This document shows, in pieces, positions 39,643-46,501 of a stretch of 64,000 nt of DNA (its first letter is position 1; each line of letters begins with the position of its first letter). This DNA is from Planctomycetota bacterium (lineage in GTDB: Bacteria; Planctomycetota; JAJSAM01; JAJVHW01), in the NCBI GenBank assembly GCA_965248445.1, contig CBDFJG010000003.1:1568001-1632000 (forward strand). Reading direction: 5' to 3'. The notes under the pieces are model-generated. The model made no database searches. It was given only the letters and a program-made list of their open reading frames with translations, and had not been told where the DNA came from. The position numbers and the translations under genes are program-made.

Positions 39643-41306
39643 CCCATCCGTTCCTCGAGGTCCGCTCGCGGAAGCGCACGAACGTCGTCCGCTCCAGGGG
39701 GCAATGTTACGCCCTGAGCCCGCAGACTCACCGTTCGCGTGAGAACCGCCGCACCCTGAAGCAGGTTCAGGGCTACGGTCATCACGTCGCGGTTGGCCGG
39801 CTCGGCCAGGAAGGTGCCGGCCGTCCACTCGTTGAACGCTCCCATCGCCGGGCCGCACCAGACCTGGTAGTCGACCTTCCTGGTGGGCTCCCCCCCGTTG
39901 GCCCAGGCCGACGACTGGCCGAGATACCACCGGAAGACCAGCGCCATGCGGTGCTTCGGATCGGTCGCCGCCCGCTCGATCTGGCGCGGGTCTCGTACCT
40001 CGAAGTACGCGACCGTCTCCCGCCACACCTCGTCCAGGGGCTTGCGGAGGATGCGCGTCTCGAGCTCGGTCCGCTCCTTGGCGGTCAGATCGTCGAGCGA
40101 GGCCCGTGCGCGGTAGAGGTCGAACAGCTTCTGCGCCCGCATGGCGAAGAGCGTTCCGCGCTTGAGCACCTGGACCCGCACGCCCATCTCGAACATGTCG
40201 GCGGCGGGCGCCATGACGACGTCAGCCTGCCCGGCCGCGGCCAGCATCGACCGCACCTCGTCCGAGGTGCCGGCCTCGCGGCACGCCTGGTTGACGCTGC
40301 CCGTGAGCACGTACGCCGCGCCCAGTGCGAACGCGGCTGCGGCCGACGCCGGCGTCGCAATGCCTCCGGCGGCGCCGACACGCAGTGGGATGCCGTAACC
40401 GTGCTCGCTCGCCATCCGGGCCGCCAGCGCGCGCATGGTCGGGATGAGCGCGATGGCCGGACGGTTGTCCGTGTGGCCTCCGGAGTCCGCCTCGGCGGTG
40501 ATGTCCTGCGCCACCGGAACGTTCGCCGCGAGATCCGCCTGCTCGCGGGTCAGGTCGCCCCGTCGCACGAGTTCGTCCACCATCGCGGCCGGTGCGGGCG
40601 ACAGGAACTGCGAGGCCACCTCGACGCGGGAGACCTTGGCCAGGACGCGGTTCGGCGTGACGACCGAGCCGTCGGGCCCTCGCGCAATCCCCGCGAGCCG
40701 GTAGCGGACGAGCGGCAGCGTCAGCCCGAGGTACGCCGACGCGGACACGAGCCGCACGCCCTGCCGCACGTACAGGTCCGCAACCGCCTTCTCGACGGCC
40801 GGTTCGTTCGGACTGTGGATGAGGTTGAACCCGTGCGGCAGCCCGCCGACGGTGCGCTGCAACCGGTCCACGGCCGCCTCGACCTTGCCAACCGGCAGGC
40901 CCGCGGCGCCGAAGAACCCCACGCACCCAGCCCGTGCCATCGCCTCGACAACGTCGCACGAGCCGATCCCGTTGGCCATGGCCCCCGCCACGTACGCGAA
41001 GCGAAGCCCATGTTCCTCGCGGAACGAGGCGTCACCGAGGCTCTCGGCCCGGCACGCGGGCACGATCGCCAGAAGACGCAGCCCCTCGCCACCGTCGAAC
41101 TCGACAGATCCGCCCGTCGCGACGGCGGGCCCGTCCGGTGTAGCGACCACGACGAACGGCGTCGGGCCCGCGAGCGCTCTCTTGAGCGCACCGCGCGACG
41201 CGTCGGGGACGGTCTGTCCGCGCCACACCGCCCCCGCTGGGAGCGGCGCCGCGTCACGCGCACCCGCGTGCGGCGGGCGGACCGGGGTGGATTCGGTGAG
41301 ACTCAC
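39639..41306 (-). CDS. pfaD: PUFA synthase enoyl reductase PfaD/Pfa1 (FabK-like)
   Basis: YVAGAMANGI, AEADSGGHTDNRP, VGAAGGI, MAPAADMFEMGVRVQVLKRG, YQVWCGPAMGAFN. Confidence 0.95.
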   Translation of the reverse strand: MSLTESTPVRPPHAGARDAAPLPAGAVWRGQTVPDASRGALKRALAGPTPFVVVATPDGPAVATGGSVEFDGGEGLRLLAIVPACRAESLGDASFREEHGLRFAYVAGAMANGIGSCDVVEAMARAGCVGFFGAAGLPVGKVEAAVDRLQRTVGGLPHGFNLIHSPNEPAVEKAVADLYVRQGVRLVSASAYLGLTLPLVRYRLAGIARGPDGSVVTPNRVLAKVSRVEVASQFLSPAPAAMVDELVRRGDLTREQADLAANVPVAQDITAEADSGGHTDNRPAIALIPTMRALAARMASEHGYGIPLRVGAAGGIATPASAAAAFALGAAYVLTGSVNQACREAGTSDEVRSMLAAAGQADVVMAPAADMFEMGVRVQVLKRGTLFAMRAQKLFDLYRARASLDDLTAKERTELETRILRKPLDEVWRETVAYFEVRDPRQIERAATDPKHRMALVFRWYLGQSSAWANGGEPTRKVDYQVWCGPAMGAFNEWTAGTFLAEPANRDVMTVALNLLQGAAVLTRTVSLRAQGVTLPPGADDVRALPRADLEERMG

Positions 41307-41577
41307 GGTGTGTGGGGCAGGCTCGCTCCTCGGCCAGGGGGAACGTGCGGCCGGGGAAAGAGATGCCCGGCCGCTGCGCTACGATCGGGCGGCCGAGCGC
41401 AGCCTGGCAACCCTAGCACTCCCCTCGCGCGCGACCGCACACGCGCGAGGGCCGATGACGCAGGACAGGCCCCGCGGCACCGCTGACCCGTCAGCACCGC
41501 CGGACAGGCGCGTCCCGGGACGAATCCCAAAGTCGGGACACCACTGTCCAGGAAACCGGATTCGTGCGGGCCGGACG

Positions 41578-42396
41578 CTATCGACGCCGCTTGCGCCGGC
41601 GATACGTTCCAGGCTCGAGATCGAGTTTCTGCAGCTTCGCGTGGAGGAACGTCCGAGCCAGTCCTGCCCGGCGTGCCACCTCGGAGACGTTGCCCCGGAA
41701 GCGCTGCAGCAGTTCGTCGAGGTACATCTTCTCGAACTGGGCTCGCGCCTCGCGAAGAGGCATCTCCATCATCGACGGCACCAGACTGGCGCTCGCGCCG
41801 GGGGACGCCGACGCCTGCGGCGGCTCCGGATAGCCAATGCCCGTGCGACGGGCGACGCCCGCGGTCGGAGCCTCGGCCACGCTGCGACCATTCCCTTGTG
41901 AGGCCGGCGCATCGACTGCAAGGAGCGCCGTCAACGCCTGGACGGGCCGGGTCGGGCCCTTCCCGCTGCGCTTCAGCTCGTCGAGGAGGTCCATAGCGGG
42001 AGCGCCGGGAACCGTGCGGTCCACGAGAACGAGACTGGCGCCGTCGAGCGCCACATGCTCTCGCGCCTTGGAGACGCTCGAGGCACCGATGACGGCGATG
42101 CCGGCAGCGCGCAGCGCCCGCACCCCCGCCTCGCGCGCCGCCGCGTCGCCGTTCACGAGAACGGCTCCCCTGGCGGCGTCTACGGTGGCGTCTACAGATT
42201 CGGAGGAGGCGGTCACTTCACGTGCCGCCAGCCTTCCGGCCTGGTCGGTTGGCATCGCGCCCGTCACACCGGAATCCCTGTTGATGGGCGCCGCGTTGAT
42301 GGGCACTGAGATAGGCACTGCGATGGGTGCGCCGTCCGCTTTCGCGGACGCGACGGAATCAGAGTGCACTCGATCGGAGTCACCGCGAGACACCAA
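41578..42396 (-). CDS. Fis-type HTH protein with a degenerate receiver-like domain and no AAA+ domain (start uncertain)
   Basis: C-terminal PLREARAQFEKMYLDELLQRFRGNVSEVARRAGLARTFLHAKLQKL; receiver-like LVLVDRTVPGAPAMDLLDELK. Confidence 0.7.
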   Translation of the reverse strand: MVSRGDSDRVHSDSVASAKADGAPIAVPISVPINAAPINRDSGVTGAMPTDQAGRLAAREVTASSESVDATVDAARGAVLVNGDAAAREAGVRALRAAGIAVIGASSVSKAREHVALDGASLVLVDRTVPGAPAMDLLDELKRSGKGPTRPVQALTALLAVDAPASQGNGRSVAEAPTAGVARRTGIGYPEPPQASASPGASASLVPSMMEMPLREARAQFEKMYLDELLQRFRGNVSEVARRAGLARTFLHAKLQKLDLEPGTYRRRKRRR

Positions 42397-42488
42397 TGGA
42401 TGTCCTCCCCGGCCGACAGCGTCAGGAGGCTTTGACAGGTCCGAGAAGCATTGTGCAGTAGACCAGGGACAGCGCCCACACTAACAAG

Positions 42489-42504
42489 CGGCACGCGACG
42501 TGCT
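42489..42504 (+). promoter_or_regulatory. Putative sigma-54 (-24/-12) promoter
   Basis: cGGCACgcgacgtGCt: GG at 42490-91 and GC at 42502-03, with exact GG-N10-GC spacing. Confidence 0.55.
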
Positions 42505-42516
42505 TTCCTCTCCCGC

Positions 42517-42624
42517 ATGAGATCACACCTCACCACAACACTGTCAGCAGCACGGGACGACTTCCTCGCACTCGCCGCGATGACGACCGTCGTCGTCGCG
42601 TTCATCGCGCTGCTCGCCGGCTGA
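42517..42624 (+). CDS. Putative 35-aa small membrane protein
   Basis: MRSHLTTTLSAARDDFLALAAMTTVVVAFIALLAG*; one hydrophobic helix; ATG just after the predicted sigma-54 start site. Confidence 0.45.
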   Translation: MRSHLTTTLSAARDDFLALAAMTTVVVAFIALLAG

Positions 42625-42635
42625 ACAACTCGCGG

Positions 42636-43916
42636 TCACTCTCCACTGACAGTGGGGAGCGCGATCGTCTTCCGTTCACCCCCGCGGATGACGACGATCT
42701 CGACGCTCTCCCCGGCTGCGTGCTCGAGCCGGAACCACGACTGAAAGTGCAGTTCGCTCCGGAAGTCGGTCTTTCCGCCGACCGAGACGACGACGTCGTC
42801 CTTGCGGATGCCGGCCTTGTGCGCGTTGCGGCCGGTGTGGGCGTTCGGCCCCCAGGTCACCAGGTAGCCCACCCGGAAGGCGAACTGCTCGACCGGGATG
42901 CCGAGATCGCCCTTGGCCGCGGCGTCGATGGCGCGGCCGCCGAAGCCGGGCTTCGGGTCGAGGCGCCACATCGTGCCCCGCCAAGCCATGTCGAGCGGCC
43001 CACCCTCGCGCCAGCCCTTGGCGAGACCCCGGCGGAGAGTCCGCTCCTCCTCACCCCGGCGGACGACGAAGCTCGGCTTCCCGCCCTTCGAGGGGACGCC
43101 TTCGAGCACGGCCTGCAAGTCGCCTTCGGTGGCGATCGGCCGGTCGGCGCCGCGCAGCAGCCGGTCGCCCGCGAGGAAACCCGCCTTCGCCGCCGCCGAA
43201 CCCTCGTCCACCGACGTAACGAGTGACTGATCGTCCCTGTCGGTGTGCAGGCCGACGCGACCGCCGTCCGGCCAGCGCCACGCGTCCCGTTCGTCCCACT
43301 TGCCGTCCTCGCGGGCTCCCTCGTCGCGCGCCTGGAACACCATGTGGCAGTGGAAGCACTCCGGCCCCTTGCCGGCCTTCACGCGGCGCGCCATCGTCGG
43401 GAGTTCCTCGACCGTGCTCGGCCGGCGCTTCTTCAGCTTGACCGGCGTCAGCGCGGGGAACTCGGTGAGCGTTGTGCGCATGACGGCGGCGAGCGAGTCC
43501 ATCGAGAGATGCGACTGCGCCCCGCTCGGATCGCGGTTGCCGTAGTGGTGCAGGATGCGCCCGTCCGGCGCCATGAACAGGATGGAGAACGTGAGGTCGT
43601 AGTCGAACACGTAGGTGTTCAGGTCGACGCCTTCCATGTTCATGATGCGAACGCACTCGAACTCGCGGGAGAGACGCGCGATCTCCTCCGGCGGCTGACG
43701 GACCAACTGCCCGTCGAACGCTTGCGCGTCCTTTCAAGGGTCTCAACGGAAGACGACCATCAGTGGCCGGCCCTTGTCCGCCGCGTCCGCCCGCGCGGCT
43801 GTCAGGTCCTGCCGCCACTGGATGGTGACGGCCTGGTCCTCGGCGGTCGCGAACGCGGCGAACCCGGCGACCACCGCCCCGAGGAGCAGCAAGGCAAACG
43901 TGTAAGCTCTCGGCAT
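42636..43916 (-). CDS. Secreted thioredoxin-like / c-heme / PDZ selenoprotein with a UxxU motif (Sec58, Sec61)
   Basis: In-frame read-through TTC CGT TGA GAC CCT TGA AAG GAC joins a signal peptide plus WRQDLTAARADAADKGRPLMVVFR to the downstream 356-aa ORF. Contains CFHCH and two PDZ-like domains. Confidence 0.85.
43697..43715 (-). promoter_or_regulatory. Candidate bacterial SECIS hairpin
   Basis: GACGGGC-AGUUG-GUCCGUC: 7-bp stem (one G-U pair) with G at loop position 2, 25 and 34 nt downstream of the two UGA codons. Confidence 0.6.
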
Positions 43917-43973
43917 GGTGCTCTCACGGTACTTGGGACCTCGCCCGAGGTACAGAGAGCCGAGGAGGCGGCG

Positions 43974-44759
43974 ATGGCAACCACCCGCGACATGCTGATC
44001 TTCACGGTCCTGGCGGTGCAGACCGCCGCCATCGGCTGGCTGGTCGTCGACCGTCTCGACCCGGGTGACTCGGGGGTCCTCGACCGCATCGACACGCTCG
44101 AGACGGGAATCGCCAAGGCGGCGCATAACTCGCGGGGTGCAGAGCTTTCCGCAGAGCGCCAGCACCGTTTCGTCGCCGCGCTGGAGCGCCGCGTGCTCGA
44201 CGTCGAGCGGGATCTGCCCGACGCAACGATGGCAGCCGACACCGCGAGCACCGAGTCACCAGAACGGGCGACTGACGACGCGGAGAGAGCGCTCACCCGC
44301 GCGAAGTCCGCGAAACTGATGCAGCGTCGGATGGAAGCCGATGTCGTCGCGCAGACCGACGTGGTCGCAGCGAAGCTCGCGAGCGTCGGCATCAAACTCA
44401 AGACGATGAAGCTACGCAGCCTGGCGGAGGAAGACCGCTGGGCGGCGGCCTCCGAGAAGGTGGGTCTCAACGACACGCAAGTCCGTGAGATCCAGGAAGC
44501 CACGCGCAACCGGGACATCGAATTCGAACGCGCGACGTCTCACGAGATCAGCACCGACGACGACGGGAGCATGCGCAAGGTCGTGCACGTCGACGCCGAG
44601 ATCCGCCAGGCCGCCGACGAGGCCTACACCGATCGAGTGAGCCGCACCCTCAACAACGAGCAGCGCAAACAGTGGCGCAGCGAGGGGTTCGAGGGCGCGT
44701 TCGGCGTCCACCGGCCGCGCGCGTCGGTTTGGGTGGACCGCCGAGGCGGCAAGCGCTAG
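43974..44759 (+). CDS. Membrane-anchored coiled-coil hypothetical protein
   Basis: GAGGAGG RBS, ATG 43974, N-terminal TM, helical body. Confidence 0.7.
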   Translation: MATTRDMLIFTVLAVQTAAIGWLVVDRLDPGDSGVLDRIDTLETGIAKAAHNSRGAELSAERQHRFVAALERRVLDVERDLPDATMAADTASTESPERATDDAERALTRAKSAKLMQRRMEADVVAQTDVVAAKLASVGIKLKTMKLRSLAEEDRWAAASEKVGLNDTQVREIQEATRNRDIEFERATSHEISTDDDGSMRKVVHVDAEIRQAADEAYTDRVSRTLNNEQRKQWRSEGFEGAFGVHRPRASVWVDRRGGKR

Positions 44760-45036
44760 CAGTGCGTGGAAGAAGTCGGCGTGCGCCACGATTGTGTCCG
44801 GCGGTGCCGCATGCAAGGCGCAGAGGTTCGAACGCGACGCCAAAGCGTCGCTGAGTGCCGGCAACGCAGCAGGCGGTGCCGCCGGGCACAACCGCTTGCG
44901 GTCGAGCGACTTGCGGCTGCTCGGCGGTGAGCTGAGCGCCGCGCGTGAGCGCAGAGCTCAGGTTACCGACGCGGGCACAGCCCGAAGCCGCAAGTCGCGA
45001 GATCGTGGCCCGTCGAGTTGTTCAACACGCTGCTAG
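44756..45036. mobile_element. MITE/REP-like non-autonomous element flanked by CTAG
   Basis: Imperfect 21-nt terminal inverted repeats (tagcagtgcgtggaagaagtc / gagttgttcaacacgctgcta, 16/21 match), CTAG at both ends and two internal long hairpins. Confidence 0.6.
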
Positions 45037-46052
45037 TCGTCCTTGCCGCCGGTGATCGCGGGGGCCTCGAACAGCGTGAACACATAGTCCGCACCGGTCA
45101 CCATGATCGTCAGCTTGTCGCCCTCGAGCGATGCATCGACGGTCTCGAGCGGCTTCTTGCGCTTGACCACGCGCCGGAACCCGCCGAACTCGGCGACGTC
45201 GTCCTTACCATTCCGCGAGCGCACCCACAGGTAGGGTTCGTCGCCACCGGTCAGCGCCAGGAGGGCGGCGCCGCCCTCGCCCGGAGCGCCCTTGTGCACG
45301 ACCGCCACGGCGATCTCGCCCTCGTGTTCCTCGAGGAAGCTCGTCCGCACGGCCGGTTCGGCGAACTGCACGAAGTCGAGCACGATCTCCTCGCCGTCGG
45401 CCCGCTCACCCTTGAGTCGCGTTATCTTCGCCGCCTCGAAGCGCACGACGCCCGCGTTCGGTCCGAAGCGCAGGCGCACGTCGACGGCAGGGAGTGCTTC
45501 CCACTTCTTGCGAAGGGCGGGTTCGTACTCGACGTCGTCCGGAACCTCGAACAGGTCCAGCAGCGCAGCGTCACCGGTCGCAGCGGGACGCTCGATCGGA
45601 ACGGCCGCTCCGCGAGTCGTCTTCACGAGCTCGATCTCGAGCGACTTGCCGGCCTTCTTGTCCGTCGTGCCGGCCGGCGTTCCAACCGTCGCGGGCAGGA
45701 CCGCGAACTCGGTGCTGTCCTCGCTCCACTTCCAGTCGTTCTCCTCGAAGACGACGAGCTCCCACTTGCGCTCCTCCCAGAAGCGCAGGTTCAGGGTCAT
45801 CTCCCCGGGGAGGAGCATCGAGTCGGCGCCGACGAGCGCCATCTTCTCGATCGTGAGTCGCGTGGGCCCGTCCTTGCCGAGCCGCCACGTCAGACCCGGC
45901 TGTAGCTGCTCCATCAGTTCGGGCCGGAACCGAATCGCGTTCCAGCGCACGCGCGCCGAGCCGAGTCCCTTCATCTTGAGCGCGCTGTCGCCCGCGAACG
46001 CGGCGGCGGCAACCACGAGCAGTGTGGCGGCCGTGACCGTGACGCGCCTCAT
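45033..46052 (-). CDS. Secreted hypothetical protein
   Basis: Signal peptide ending in AFA-G; ATGA-coupled to the upstream CMD gene. Confidence 0.7.
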   Translation of the reverse strand: MRRVTVTAATLLVVAAAAFAGDSALKMKGLGSARVRWNAIRFRPELMEQLQPGLTWRLGKDGPTRLTIEKMALVGADSMLLPGEMTLNLRFWEERKWELVVFEENDWKWSEDSTEFAVLPATVGTPAGTTDKKAGKSLEIELVKTTRGAAVPIERPAATGDAALLDLFEVPDDVEYEPALRKKWEALPAVDVRLRFGPNAGVVRFEAAKITRLKGERADGEEIVLDFVQFAEPAVRTSFLEEHEGEIAVAVVHKGAPGEGGAALLALTGGDEPYLWVRSRNGKDDVAEFGGFRRVVKRKKPLETVDASLEGDKLTIMVTGADYVFTLFEAPAITGGKDD

Positions 46053-46417
46053 CGGGAGTCACCCTGCGCCGCGAAGACGTGATCCAGTTGCGTGCGCAGT
46101 GCGTCGTGGGCGATGTCCGCGCCGTCCACGACGCTTGCGGCTGCGACGCCGAGGGTGACGGCCACGACCTCCTCGAGTTCGGCGCGCGTTGCGCCCATCT
46201 CGACGAGCTTCCGCATGTGGCCCTCGATGCAATTCTTCGCGCCGGTGCCGAGTGAGACACCGAACGCGATGAGCTCCTTGGTCTTCATGTCCAGGGCGCC
46301 GTCGCGGAACACCAGCCGGTAGTAGCCGAGGTAGTGCCGACGCACGTCCTCTCCGAGGAGCGCGTACGAGTCGATATCGCCCGGATCGCGAGCCGGTTCG
46401 TCACCTGCCATGGTCAT
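46049..46417 (-). CDS. Carboxymuconolactone decarboxylase / AhpD-like family protein
   Basis: GALDMKTKELIAFGVS...AKNCIEGH...GATRAELEE motif. Confidence 0.85.
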   Translation of the reverse strand: MTMAGDEPARDPGDIDSYALLGEDVRRHYLGYYRLVFRDGALDMKTKELIAFGVSLGTGAKNCIEGHMRKLVEMGATRAELEEVVAVTLGVAAASVVDGADIAHDALRTQLDHVFAAQGDSR

Positions 46418-46501
46418 CTCCGCGTCATCTCCACTTGGGGCTCACCCCGCGTCCGGGCGCTACACGCCCGCCCGGGGTTCCGTGGAAGGCTCTTGCGCCG
46501 G

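Noticed and set aside
39642..40026. N-terminal extensions given by the ORF track for pfaA (and for oleC, oleD, PPTase, APH, 2Fe-2S subunit)
   Set aside because: They overlap upstream genes or noncoding DNA. Coupled ATGA/GTGA starts or motif-consistent starts fit better.
41500..41560. Short inverted repeats (gtcccg...cgggac) upstream of pfaD as an operator
   Set aside because: Too short to be significant in GC-rich DNA without comparative data.
46049..46417. AhpD/CMD protein as a second selenoprotein
   Set aside because: The motif is A-K-N-C encoded by GCG...TGC, with no in-frame TGA.
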